Virus record (IMG/VR): IMGVR_UViG_3300037461_001731 | Coordinates: 4,355-68,354 of that record | Source of the DNA: a virus | Lineage: Duplodnaviria; Caudoviricetes | DNA: 64,000 nucleotides | Strand: one strand, 5' to 3' | Part shown: positions 18,427 through 28,900 of the stretch, piece by piece | How the letters are laid out: every line of letters begins with the position of its first letter | Numbering within the stretch: position 1 is the first letter of the stretch | The notes under the pieces: model-generated | Seen by the model: only the letters and a program-made list of their open reading frames with translations | Database searches by the model: none | What the model was told of the DNA's origin: nothing | Translations under genes and position numbers: made by a program

Positions 18427-20499
18427 ATGTCTAACATTTTAACGATACATAGCATAAACCCCACTGGAATGTTTTCATATGGTTATAGTGAGAATATTCT
18501 ACTTGATAAAAGGGGGCTTGTTTATCTATTAGGTGTAAATGAGGATAGCGGCGGAGATTCTAATGGTTCAGGTAAGTCTTCTATATTTAATTCTATTTGC
18601 GAGTTATTGTTTTTAGAAAATCCTACAGGAGTTAAAGGCGACGCGCTTATTAACACGATGTGGGACAAAGGTATGGCTGGCAGATTAATTTTTACAAATA
18701 AAAAAGGAGAAACTTATAGAGTTACGTATTGTAGAAAATGGAAAGAAAACTATTATGAGATTGACAATGATACGTGTACGGCATATTTAGGAACTAATTT
18801 ATTTCTTGATAAAAAAGATGGAGAAAATTGGATTGATTTTAGAGGCGCAGGCATGCCTGACACGTCTAAAAAATTATTGGAAGTTGTAGGGATTTCTTAT
18901 GATCGGTTTTTGTCTATTGCCTATATGTCTCCGAGAACAGGTGATAAGTTTTTACGTGGAACAAATAAAGATCGGATTGATTTATTATCTGAAATAACTG
19001 ATATAAAAGTTTGGGATAGTATTTTAGCGTCTTGTAGGGCTAAGAAGAAGGAGCTAACTAGTAAAGTTTTAGGTATTAATGACGCGTTGTCATATGAACG
19101 GGGTGCATTAAATATACTAGAAAATCAACTTGTTTGTTCTAAGGATTATGATTATACGGGGGTATTGGCAGAAGTTGACAAAAAATTGGAAGAAACTAAA
19201 ACAAATTGGAGGGTGGCAAATTATAAGTTAAGGCAGTTACAATTTCAGCTAGAACAATGTAAGAGTAATAGGGATAACTTATACAACAAGGAGAAAATTG
19301 ATAAGATTTCTGAAGAGATTAGTGAGTTAAATAAGGAAATTACAAAAAGGCAAAATTCTTTATTAGCTGTTAACGTGGTTGAAGACAACAAGGAGTTAAA
19401 AGCTGAGTTAGATCGAGTTTTAAAGTCAATTGGTGAGGTTAAGGGTGAGATTAACAGTCTTTCTGGGGGGAACAACTCAATTTTGTTAAAATCGACTAAT
19501 TGTCCATTATGCGGGTCCGTTATATCCAAAGGTGTAAAAAATGGTTTAGACAGCAAGTTGAGGGATTTAAAGAAAGAGTATAGTAGATTAGAAAATGATT
19601 ATGATTCTATACAAAAAGACATTATTTTCTTTAAAGAGAGTATAATAAAAAAGCAAGAAAAAGAAAAAAATGAGATAATTACTAAAATAGAAATTTTAAG
19701 AGATTCTTTGGCGAAAAAAACAGAAGTTTTAGATGTTGAAAGAAAGAGTTATTTGAACTATGATAATGAAATTTGGGGGTTATCTTCACAAATAAATGAA
19801 GTTAATAGGCAGTTAAGTAATTATGTTTCAGAAGGATCTGGCTTAAAGGCTAAAAAAGAAAATATAGAATTAAGTTTAAAAAATATAGAAAATTTAAAAA
19901 GTCAAATTTCGGATAAATATGCTATAATCAATAGCTATGCTTCCCAGGCAGCTCTTTTTGCGGATGAAGTTTCAAATTATGATTGGTTAATAGAAAACAT
20001 TCCTTTTATTAAGTTGCATAAGTTATCGATGTTTATGAATGAAATATCTGAATTTGTTAATAACTATTTTGTTTCTATTGGAGATCCTATTCGTGTGAAT
20101 ATAACGTCATTTGATGCAAAAGTTAAGAAGCGGAATGCGGCGGATATAAAAGACCTTTGGAAATCTGAAATAAAAATAGAAATAGAAGAAGGTAGGAAAA
20201 AAATCCCGTTAATGCTTTATTCGGATGGAGAATTAAGTAAAATTTCTATTGCAATAGTTATTGCGTTGCACGAGATAGCTAGAAGTGTCGGTCAGGGTTG
20301 TAATATTCTAATATTAGACGAGATTTTTTCTTATTTAGATTCGGCAAATAGCCAAAAATTGGCAAATAGTGTTCCTAAATTATTTAGTATAGGCACTGTT
20401 ATTTTTACAGATAATTCTGGTTATGTTAATAACCTGATAAGTTTTGATGAAGTTTGGACAGTTAGAAAAAAAGACGGAGTAACGTCTTTAAAAATTTGA
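18427..20499 (+). CDS. sbcC: SbcC/Rad50-like ATPase
   Basis: Walker A NGSGKSS, coiled coil with CPLCG zinc hook, signature YSDGE, Walker B ILDEIF. Confidence 0.9.
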   Translation: MSNILTIHSINPTGMFSYGYSENILLDKRGLVYLLGVNEDSGGDSNGSGKSSIFNSICELLFLENPTGVKGDALINTMWDKGMAGRLIFTNKKGETYRVTYCRKWKENYYEIDNDTCTAYLGTNLFLDKKDGENWIDFRGAGMPDTSKKLLEVVGISYDRFLSIAYMSPRTGDKFLRGTNKDRIDLLSEITDIKVWDSILASCRAKKKELTSKVLGINDALSYERGALNILENQLVCSKDYDYTGVLAEVDKKLEETKTNWRVANYKLRQLQFQLEQCKSNRDNLYNKEKIDKISEEISELNKEITKRQNSLLAVNVVEDNKELKAELDRVLKSIGEVKGEINSLSGGNNSILLKSTNCPLCGSVISKGVKNGLDSKLRDLKKEYSRLENDYDSIQKDIIFFKESIIKKQEKEKNEIITKIEILRDSLAKKTEVLDVERKSYLNYDNEIWGLSSQINEVNRQLSNYVSEGSGLKAKKENIELSLKNIENLKSQISDKYAIINSYASQAALFADEVSNYDWLIENIPFIKLHKLSMFMNEISEFVNNYFVSIGDPIRVNITSFDAKVKKRNAADIKDLWKSEIKIEIEEGRKKIPLMLYSDGELSKISIAIVIALHEIARSVGQGCNILILDEIFSYLDSANSQKLANSVPKLFSIGTVIFTDNSGYVNNLISFDEVWTVRKKDGVTSLKI

Positions 20500-20521
20500 A
20501 ATAATATGATTGAGGTAAATA

Positions 20522-21103
20522 ATGGAAAAGACTGAACTAGAAAAAAGATGGGAAAAAGAATTGAGTGAGGAAGTTAACGAAGCTAAAATTCCTATTAACG
20601 GAGATAACTTTAAAAATAAAGGTGTTGAAAAAGAGCTTAACGCTCCTGAAAGTGAGGAATATGAAGCTGATGAAGAGTTTTCATTTGTAATGAGCCCTTT
20701 TACTCAAGATACGCCTATGGTTTTGGTATCGTCGAATAATAAGCTTTTTATAGGAGGGTATGATCTAGAGTATTCAAAGGGTGAGGCATTGCCTGATGAT
20801 CTTTGTGTTATTACTTTTCCTGTAGCATATTCGGAAAGTTTTGAAAAAACTAGTGATAATACTATTGCTTTTTATCCAGTGATGCGTAGAATTCTTTTTG
20901 GTACTAAAACTCCAGATAATATGGTATTTAGGGTAGATATGTTTTATTATTTAAGAAGAGATAGTAGTAAGGACCTAAATTTGTTTAACTACTATATTAA
21001 AACAGTAAAGGAATCAGTTGCTCAAGATTTTAGTGTTTTAGCTCCGACTACTAATGAGGTTTTGAGTTTTGGTAGAAAAGATCATGAAAATAACGCAAAA
21101 TAA
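20522..21103 (+). CDS. hypothetical protein
   Basis: 193-aa ORF with RBS. Confidence 0.55.
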   Translation: MEKTELEKRWEKELSEEVNEAKIPINGDNFKNKGVEKELNAPESEEYEADEEFSFVMSPFTQDTPMVLVSSNNKLFIGGYDLEYSKGEALPDDLCVITFPVAYSESFEKTSDNTIAFYPVMRRILFGTKTPDNMVFRVDMFYYLRRDSSKDLNLFNYYIKTVKESVAQDFSVLAPTTNEVLSFGRKDHENNAK

Positions 21104-21320
21104 ATTAATGGTTCCTGTTGAAAAAAAGCTTAAGTCTGCTAAGGATATTTATAAGTTAGAAGAGAATGATATTTTATTTTTAAGTGGTCCTTATGCAGGT
21201 AAGAGAGTTAATGAAATTTGGAGTATTGACGATAAATCAAAAGATTACGTTTTTAGACAATTTTACAATTGTTCTGATATTAATGTTTTAAGTTTTTTAA
21301 AAAGGCTATTGTGTAAATGA
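21084..21320 (+). CDS. small hypothetical protein
   Basis: ATG overlaps the previous gene; SGPYAGKRV motif. Confidence 0.5.
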   Translation: MKITQNKLMVPVEKKLKSAKDIYKLEENDILFLSGPYAGKRVNEIWSIDDKSKDYVFRQFYNCSDINVLSFLKRLLCK

Positions 21321-21754
21321 AAAAAGTATTTAAATTTGTTATAGAAGGTAGGCCAAAAGTACAGAAAAATGATCTTATAATTAGAAGGGGTAAAAAAAAT
21401 AGGCCGTTTGTGGGCCATTCTAAAAAATTAGGAACTGTTAGAGAGTTTATTTCAGAAGAAGCTTATAAACAATATATTGAACAAGGCGGATTGGAGCCTA
21501 TAGACTATTTGTGTGAAATAAGATTTGTTTTTTATTGCCCTAAGCAAGCGGAACCAGATTTGGATAATTTACCGTCTATAGTGCTTGATGCACTTCAAGG
21601 TGAGGGAAAAAAAGGTAATAAAGGAAATAAAAATCAAGTTTTGGTAGATGATAAACTTGTTAGGTTAGAAAGAAGTGAAAAAATAGTAAAAGGGGATAAA
21701 AAATACCATGGCGAACCAAGAACAGAATTTGAAATTAGAAAATACAATGGATAG
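21317..21754 (+). CDS. rusA: RusA-like Holliday junction resolvase
   Basis: PDLDNL..VLDALQG...DDKLV. Confidence 0.75.
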   Translation: MKKVFKFVIEGRPKVQKNDLIIRRGKKNRPFVGHSKKLGTVREFISEEAYKQYIEQGGLEPIDYLCEIRFVFYCPKQAEPDLDNLPSIVLDALQGEGKKGNKGNKNQVLVDDKLVRLERSEKIVKGDKKYHGEPRTEFEIRKYNG

Positions 21755-22937
21755 AATAATAATAGAACCAATGTCCACCCCATATAGGGCGTTTTTTTCT
21801 ATGAAAAGGGAGACTTTTAATAAAAATATTGATAATTATTGGGAAAAAAATAAAGATAACTTGATAAAATTGTATGATTACAAGGGTATGAAAAAGGGTG
21901 GCGGTGGAACAGATTATACTAAAGCTAGAAAAGCTTTGGAACAAACTGTAGGTATTAATACTTTGTATAAATATGCTGTTTCTGATATTATCATAGATTC
22001 GATAAATAAAAAATTAGGAAAAGACGAAGAGTTGTTGTTAATTTCTTCTATTAAAATAAGTAATTATGAAGAAAAGGATTTAGATCCTTCAGTTTTTGTT
22101 GTGTTTTTTTGTTGGCCAAAAATTTCTGGTATAACTAAGGAAAATATTAGTTTTAACATTAAGCGGCCAGAATTTAGACCTATGGCTGTGGAATATCAGG
22201 GTAGGCTATCTGACTTGCAGAGTAAACATGGCTACAAGAAAATTATAGAAAATGTAAATGAAATATCAGAAATAACAGATAAGCATGAAATTCTGTTAGA
22301 GATTATGGCATATTGTTATGGGGAGCAATATGAAGATGGTAGTTTTATTGACAAGTGGGTTCCTTATAAGGAAATAACTGTGGATGAGCTAAAAAACTGT
22401 ATAAAGGCGAATCTGGACGGTACTCCTTTTGAAACACAATACGTTAGTGCTAGAGACGCGTCTTTAGTATTGGACGTTAAAGGTATTGTTAAGGGTATTA
22501 GGGTTAATATTATACCAGAAGCTGATTCGTTGTTATTTAAGGCGGAAGGTTTTGACGATGAAATGGCTTTTCGCAAAGCTTTTGAGTCAGAGTATAAAAG
22601 TCACGTTTCTCAAGTAGAGCAAGCCACTATTTTTGATGCAATTATAGATCAAATTATAATAAATGGTAAACTCGGAGCTATACCTGAAGTATGGTTGGAG
22701 CGTAATGTTGAATATTTGTCAAAAGCTCAGATAGACAAGTATGGTGGCGACAAGAAGAAAGCATTAGCTGTTTTGGGTCTAGCTAATGAGCGCCAGTTAC
22801 TTTCCGTTTTGTCGGATCAAGTATTTAAGAATACGTTGAACCAAATGGCATTAAGGTGTTACATAGAATTGTTTGATTTGCCTTCTGATATTGATAAGAT
22901 TGTTGAGCACATGCGTAACAATGTTGTTTGGGGTTAG
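21747..22937 (+). CDS. tig: divergent trigger factor-like chaperone
   Basis: Colinear with trigger factor: KGMKKG (cf. PGFRKGK), FKBP-like YGEQYEDG, C-domain IPEADSLLFKAEGFDD...IIDQII...IPEVWLE. Confidence 0.6.
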   Translation: MDRIIIEPMSTPYRAFFSMKRETFNKNIDNYWEKNKDNLIKLYDYKGMKKGGGGTDYTKARKALEQTVGINTLYKYAVSDIIIDSINKKLGKDEELLLISSIKISNYEEKDLDPSVFVVFFCWPKISGITKENISFNIKRPEFRPMAVEYQGRLSDLQSKHGYKKIIENVNEISEITDKHEILLEIMAYCYGEQYEDGSFIDKWVPYKEITVDELKNCIKANLDGTPFETQYVSARDASLVLDVKGIVKGIRVNIIPEADSLLFKAEGFDDEMAFRKAFESEYKSHVSQVEQATIFDAIIDQIIINGKLGAIPEVWLERNVEYLSKAQIDKYGGDKKKALAVLGLANERQLLSVLSDQVFKNTLNQMALRCYIELFDLPSDIDKIVEHMRNNVVWG

Positions 22938-22947
22938 GGGGTTGCAT

Positions 22948-23517
22948 ATGGGTGAAAATGTTAAAAAGTGTGATACTCCGTACTGCAATAATCAGGTGTC
23001 TTTTTGTAAAAAAGATTTTGTATTTTGTAGCGAGTGTAAATCAAAGCACTCATCTAATGTTTTAAAATTACAAGTTGAGTATGGAAAACCTATTGTAGAT
23101 GTTTTGTTAGAGGCTTGTTTGTTCGATACTGCTGGAGGTATGGCAGATTATCTTGGCGTTTCTTTTATGTCTATATATAATTGGATAAAACAATATTTTG
23201 GTATGACGTTTCAAGATTTTAAGAGAGCTTATATCTGTAAGTCTGAAAAATGCTATTTATTGGAGGTAAAGAGGTCTAATTATACTAGGAGTGAATATAT
23301 TTTAAAAAAAATACGGTCATTAGGTGGTTGTGCTTGTAATAATTCTGTTGATTCTGATTTTATTATGACGAATTGTCCTGTGCATAAACTTTCAGGTATT
23401 TTAAGGGGTTGTCCTAAGATTAAAAAAATTTCTGATAAATTGTTTGCATTATCACCTAACCCTATAAAAATAAAGCATCTTTTTCCTAAGTTTTTTAAAG
23501 AATTGAAAAAAGAGTAA
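22948..23517 (+). CDS. Cys-rich HTH protein (putative regulator)
   Basis: CxxxxC...CxxC plus helix-turn-helix-like MADYLGVSFMSIYNWIKQ. Confidence 0.55.
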   Translation: MGENVKKCDTPYCNNQVSFCKKDFVFCSECKSKHSSNVLKLQVEYGKPIVDVLLEACLFDTAGGMADYLGVSFMSIYNWIKQYFGMTFQDFKRAYICKSEKCYLLEVKRSNYTRSEYILKKIRSLGGCACNNSVDSDFIMTNCPVHKLSGILRGCPKIKKISDKLFALSPNPIKIKHLFPKFFKELKKE

Positions 23518-23656
23518 TTGGATTTTTGTTTTTTAATAAAAATCTTGTATATATTGTATAATTAAGGGAGCCCATTGTGCATAATAATGGGTTGGCAGTT
23601 TTTTAAGCTAAAAATTATCTTCTGAACATTTTTGATTAAACTTTAAGGAAGCGTAA

Positions 23657-23977
23657 ATGTTAAGAATTCATAGACTTTTTTTAAGGAAAGTGGCTAAGGA
23701 CGCAGGCTTTGATTTTGAAAAAAAAGCTTTTGGTAATCCACTAGATAATAGTATGTGGGAAAATATGATAAGTGGTGCGTTAAAAGCTCTAGAGGTTGTT
23801 GCTATAGCGTCTCTGGACTATAAGTTGACAGCTATCGTTAAGCTTTTGCAAAGTTGGCTAAAAGACAAAAAAGAAGAAAAAGCAAGAACTAAGAAACAAT
23901 TAGAGTATGGTGTAAATTATAAAGATCCTTCAGGATTTACAGATCAAAATCCTTATGGTGGTGGATATTATTACTAG
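23657..23977 (+). CDS. hypothetical protein, start of putative virion cluster
   Basis: 106-aa ORF. Confidence 0.55.
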   Translation: MLRIHRLFLRKVAKDAGFDFEKKAFGNPLDNSMWENMISGALKALEVVAIASLDYKLTAIVKLLQSWLKDKKEEKARTKKQLEYGVNYKDPSGFTDQNPYGGGYYY

Positions 23978-24005
23978 GAATAGTTTTGGATAGGAGAATA
24001 TATAA

Positions 24006-24827
24006 ATGAAAGATAAAACAGCACATCATTTGTGGTTCGCAGAAAAAGATGAAAGTGGTAAGGTTATGGTTCATAGAAATAAACAAGAAATTGACAACGT
24101 GGAAGATATGGAAAGAGAAGCATTTAAAGTTATTGAAGCAAGTGCCTGGGGGCTTTATGGCGCATATATGGAAGATGAGTTTGCTTACAATATTCCAAAA
24201 GTGATTGTTGACAGATTTTCTATAGTGGCTAAGAGTCTGGGATTAGTTGAGGAAGCCCCTTATGTTTATTCCTGGGAAAAGCTTGCTGCTGTAGTTGGGG
24301 ATGAGTCTATTAATAATATCAAAGAGAGTGTTAGTTTTGGTAGAAAAGCAAGAGCTTTATCAAAAGAGTTAAATATTCCTTTTGTTGTGGCATTTGACCT
24401 TGTGGAAGATTCTGAACTTATTGGTAAAAAAGCGTTGAAAGAAATTGTTGACGGGGTAAAAAATGGCGAAGCTCTTGATGTTATAGAAATTTTTGGAAAG
24501 CCCGCTATAAAAGTAGCTTCTATTTACGGGGAAGCTCTTGCGTATGATACTCATAAGATAGCTGTTGATGAGGCTGCTGAAGATTACTGGATTTCTTATT
24601 ATGGTGATTTTGGAAAACAGCTTGTAGACGAGATTAAAAAAAGAGTAAAAGCTGATGTTGCTAAGGATTGGTTGCTTAAAAATGGCGTAGACGAAGCTGC
24701 TGCTGAATACTGGAAAAATTATTATAGTGAAGTTGGTGATTATGGTAAAAAAATGGTTGAAAAGGTTAAAGTAGATAGAGAAGTCAAAAAAGATAAAGAG
24801 GATAAAGAAGATAAAAAGGGGGATTAA
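24006..24827 (+). CDS. putative virion/head-internal protein with two DEAA-x-x-YW modules
   Basis: VDEAAEDYWISYYGDFGK and VDEAAAEYWKNYYSEVGDYGK; the second is shared with the 1026-aa protein. Confidence 0.55.
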   Translation: MKDKTAHHLWFAEKDESGKVMVHRNKQEIDNVEDMEREAFKVIEASAWGLYGAYMEDEFAYNIPKVIVDRFSIVAKSLGLVEEAPYVYSWEKLAAVVGDESINNIKESVSFGRKARALSKELNIPFVVAFDLVEDSELIGKKALKEIVDGVKNGEALDVIEIFGKPAIKVASIYGEALAYDTHKIAVDEAAEDYWISYYGDFGKQLVDEIKKRVKADVAKDWLLKNGVDEAAAEYWKNYYSEVGDYGKKMVEKVKVDREVKKDKEDKEDKKGD

Positions 24828-24853
24828 TTTCTTATATTATATCGAGCTTAGTT

Positions 24854-24892
24854 AACCGCTTAGTAATTAATTATTAAGCGGTTTATTTTTTT
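24854..24892 (+). terminator. intrinsic terminator
   Basis: Stem AACCGCTTAGTAAT / ATTATTAAGCGGTT followed by a T-tract after the 24006-24827 gene. Confidence 0.75.
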
Positions 24893-24921
24893 AAAATATT
24901 AAAAAATTTGAGTTATGCTTC

Positions 24922-24950
24922 TTGACAAAATATTAATTTTTTTATATAAT
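24922..24950 (+). promoter_or_regulatory. consensus sigma70 promoter
   Basis: TTGACA-17 bp-TATAAT. Confidence 0.8.
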
Positions 24951-24960
24951 GGTTTTTGCA

Positions 24961-25227
24961 ATGACTAGAATAAAGGAAAAACTGGACTGGTTAGAAGGGC
25001 TAAGCAATCTTGATAAACTGTCTGAAGCCGATAAAAGCTTTTTAGAGTTTGTTAAAGTTTTTAAGAAATCTATTAGTAAAGAAGACTGTGAATCTGGAGA
25101 TTGTGATGAGGTAGTTTGCCCTGAATGTGCCGGTAAATTGAGTACAATGTTTGCTACAACTCCTTTAAAAGTTAGGTGTAATGACTGTGATAAGGAATAT
25201 ATTTTGAAGGAATTATTGGTAGATTAA
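24961..25227 (+). CDS. small zinc-finger protein
   Basis: CPEC...CNDC; the track ATG at 24949 overlaps the -10 box, so 24961 is preferred. Confidence 0.6.
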   Translation: MTRIKEKLDWLEGLSNLDKLSEADKSFLEFVKVFKKSISKEDCESGDCDEVVCPECAGKLSTMFATTPLKVRCNDCDKEYILKELLVD

Positions 25228-25330
25228 TAGTAATTTTAAGAATTCAACGGATATTATGTTATTATATTTTTAAGGTCAATTTAGATACCGTGACGAGTAC
25301 AATAATTAGTATTTTCTGGGAGAAAGTTAG

Positions 25331-25963
25331 ATGAAAAATTGTAGAAACATACGGCAAAGATTAGCTAATCTTAGTGGAAAAACTGTAAAAGATTTTGATT
25401 TTTCGAAAATTGCGGAATGTGTTGCAGATGAGTTGAGAAAAGCGGAAGAGGAAGATAAAGAAAAAGAGCAATATAATGCTTCTTCCGTTAGTGAACGATT
25501 TTTATCAGCATTGAAAAAAACCTGTGGAGAAGTTAATGACCCGAAAGATCAAGATATTAATGGGAAGTTGCCTGTGATTTCAGTTTTTGATGCTTACCAG
25601 ATTGTAAAAATGGCTAGAGACGAATATCCGCGAGATGTTGGAATATCTGTGCTTTGCTCTCATTTAGGGAAAAAATGGAAAAGAAAAAAAGATGCAAATC
25701 TTTTAACTTCTGATTTTCTTAGATTGAAAGAGTCTTATATAAGGCAGTACCCAAAGTCTAAAGCATCTTCTATTTTGGAAATTGTTGCAGATAATGGCTA
25801 TATGTCTTTGGATATTGGGCAGTTAACAGCTATAGCTGAAAATATAAAAAGTCAAGAAGATTATGATTATTATATTAGGCAGAATTGCTTGGCGTCAAAT
25901 TCTCCTCAGAATAAAAAAGCTAGAAAATTTATTTTAGCGCTTCTTAACAGTGAAGAAGAATAA
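25331..25963 (+). CDS. hypothetical protein (putative virion cluster)
   Basis: 210-aa ORF. Confidence 0.55.
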   Translation: MKNCRNIRQRLANLSGKTVKDFDFSKIAECVADELRKAEEEDKEKEQYNASSVSERFLSALKKTCGEVNDPKDQDINGKLPVISVFDAYQIVKMARDEYPRDVGISVLCSHLGKKWKRKKDANLLTSDFLRLKESYIRQYPKSKASSILEIVADNGYMSLDIGQLTAIAENIKSQEDYDYYIRQNCLASNSPQNKKARKFILALLNSEEE

Positions 25964-25974
25964 TAGAGGTAAAA

Positions 25975-28900
25975 ATGTATAAAACTGAAAAAGAGATAAA
26001 AGAAGCCCTATTGAGAGAAGAAGAAGTTACTGTAAATGGTTGTATTATAAGAGTTAATGCTTCCGATGAGGTAGAACTTTTCAATAAAAAGGGGGAAGGC
26101 TTATGTACCTCTTTATTGTTCTTGGATAGAGCTGTTAATGATTTTGTAAAAATGGCAGGGATTATTCCCGATAAAATACCAAGTGTAAAAAAGGAAGTTA
26201 AAAGCCCTTCTTTAAAAAAAGTGCTTGGTCCTGATTCTTCTTTAAATCCGATAAAAACCCCTAAAGTGATTACTAATCCAAAACCTAGTGGGGAGTTTTC
26301 TGATACAGATCTGGGCGAGGATTCTTCAACAAAAGAGCCTTGGAAAGATCCATCAATTAACAAGCATCCAGAAAAACAGACAGAAATGTCAGATCCGGAT
26401 TTTGGACCGGAATTTCTACAAACTTCAGCAAAGTGGTCTTACGTAGACCCAGAAAATAAGGCTATTGTAGAAAAGATTTTAATGGAAGATGACTTGGAAG
26501 CTTTGGATCTATTTATGGAATATCATAATGTTGATATTGCAGATGTGTATGATCAAGCGTATGCTCTCGGCGCTGAAAATATTCTATCGTATTTGGATTC
26601 TAATATTAAGGCAGCGGGTAATAATATTGAAAAAAATCAAAGGTCTAGTGTTAGTGGATCTAACAGTAAAAAGATAATAGACACATTTGATGAGGGCTAT
26701 GCTTTAGGTTCTGGAAAATATATTGAATTAAAGCGTGCAAGTATTTCTGAAAATTTGTTAGAGGACATTTTAGATTTTGAGAGATGGGAGGCTGCCCGGT
26801 CATTGGAAGCCCTCGACCAATTTGTGGAAGAAGAGTCTGTTGTAGATGATGAAAAAATGTCAGAAGACTTCATAGGTCCGGGATTTATTGGTCCTGGCGC
26901 TCCTGGAGTTCAGGCAGTAACTCCTCCGGGGATGGAAGACGTTGTTTTAGATCTTAAGAAAAACAAGGACATAGATAATCCTTGGGCGGTAGCTTGGTCT
27001 ATTTATAACAAGAAAAAAGATAAAAAATCTTATAAAATAGCTAATCAATACGTACAGTTTTTGCTAGATAATCCTGCTTTGGCGGATAAAGTTTTAGCAG
27101 AGGTTGGGAACATGGATGATGCTAGTGCGGCACAATATCTGTTGGAAGAGTTGCTTAACCAAGAAAGTGATTATGATAGTATAAATAGTTTTGCTGAAGC
27201 ATTTGGTGTGTATAAAAGTGAAAAAAGTGTTGAAAGTGGGGATTATTTTAGATTTTTGATAGATAATCCTGCTTTGGCGGATAAAGCTATTAGCGAGTCT
27301 GGTGGGTCTCAAAATGAATATGAAAATGCCCACTATTTAATGGAATCTATACTTAATGAGCCTATTAATGATGAAAAGCTAGAAGGCTACGCTCAAGCTT
27401 TTAGGGATTATAAAGCTAGGTCAGCTAGTAAAAAAATTAGTTTTTCTATAAAATTAGCTGCTCTAAAAGTATCGGAAGAAGAAAATGCCTATATAGAGTT
27501 TATTAAGCAAAATCCATTTTTGGCGGATCAAGCATTTAGATTTTCTGACTCTATTGTTTCTGATCCTGAGGCAGATTATCAATTTTATTTGGACGAAGCA
27601 GCACGTTATTTAATAGAGGAAATTCTAAAACAACAAGTTGACGATGAACTTTTAGGTGACGTTAAAGAGGCTATTATGCCTTATGCTTCAAATCCTGAGC
27701 GGGACAAAACGGTTGTACAAGCGCCAAGACCAAAAATAGATTTTACAGATGACGGCGTTAACCCGTTTTCGGAGACTGTAGTGCAGGAGGCTCCGTCGTC
27801 GGATGAAACTAGAGTGATTAAGCACACTTCTAATAAGACTGCTGGTCCTAGTATTAAGGAGCAGTGGGGTGATTATACTAGAGATTTAGAGGCTGAATCT
27901 GCTGAAGAGCTGTATCATTTAGTGAGATCTTTTGGACTAGAAGATGAATATGATTGGTCGTCTTTTAGACCAAAACTGAATGAAGAAGTTACACCAGATC
28001 AAGTACCCGGCGGTGAAAGCCCTGTTACGACCGGCGAACCTGCACAATACGCAGAAAATCCTGATGAAAATATGGTTGCGTCTGTTAAAAAAGCTGTAGA
28101 TGAAGCTGCTGCTGAATATTGGAAGAAGTACTATAGTGAAGTTGGTGATTATGGTAAAAAAATGGTTGAAAAGGTTAAAGTAGATAGAGAAGTAAAAAAA
28201 GATAAAGAGGATAAAGATCTAGGAAAAGAAGCGCAAGCGGTTCCTCCAGCGGAAGATCCTGCTGGGGTTGGTAAGCCTGCTCCGGCTGTTCCACCAAAAC
28301 CGGCTTTGCCCGCTACTCCAGGCGCACCTTTGCCTCCAGTGAAGCCCTCTCCGCAATCAGGAGATGACGGTTTGAAAACGTTGGGCTGGTCTGAAGAGGA
28401 AATTTTGAATATGAGTCCCCAAGACAAGCAAAATATCCTAAAAATTCAGTTAAGGAAGCCTTCATCCGGCGCAGCGGTTCCTCCACCTTCGTCTGCACCT
28501 TCGTCTGCGCCTTTGCCTGATCCTACAATTCCAAAACCAGTGGCTAACAGAGTATTAAAGCAGGAAGGTGAAAGAAGTAAAGCAGTAAAGGCTTTTGATC
28601 TACTTTTTATAAATGAAGCTGCAGTGCTTACAGAAGAAAAGGTAGCGCAGCAAGCTATCAAACCGACTCCGCAGCGCCAAGCTCCAGCGCCAGCTCCGCA
28701 GCAAGCGCCAGCTCCGCAGCAGCACGCGCCAGCTCCGCAGCAAGCGCCAGCTCCGCAGCAGCACGCGCCAGCTCCGCAGCAAGCGCCAGCTCCGCAGCAG
28801 CAAGCTCCGTCGCCACAACAAGACCAGTCTGGCGCAGTGGGACCAGATGAGCAAAGTCCTGAATCTCAAGTAATGAGTATTTATAATGAAATTATGTCTC

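Noticed and set aside
23565-23605. Hairpin CCCATTGT / ATAATGGG upstream of the virion-like cluster as a riboswitch or sRNA
   Set aside because: Short stem only; nothing to distinguish it from a simple terminator or chance structure.
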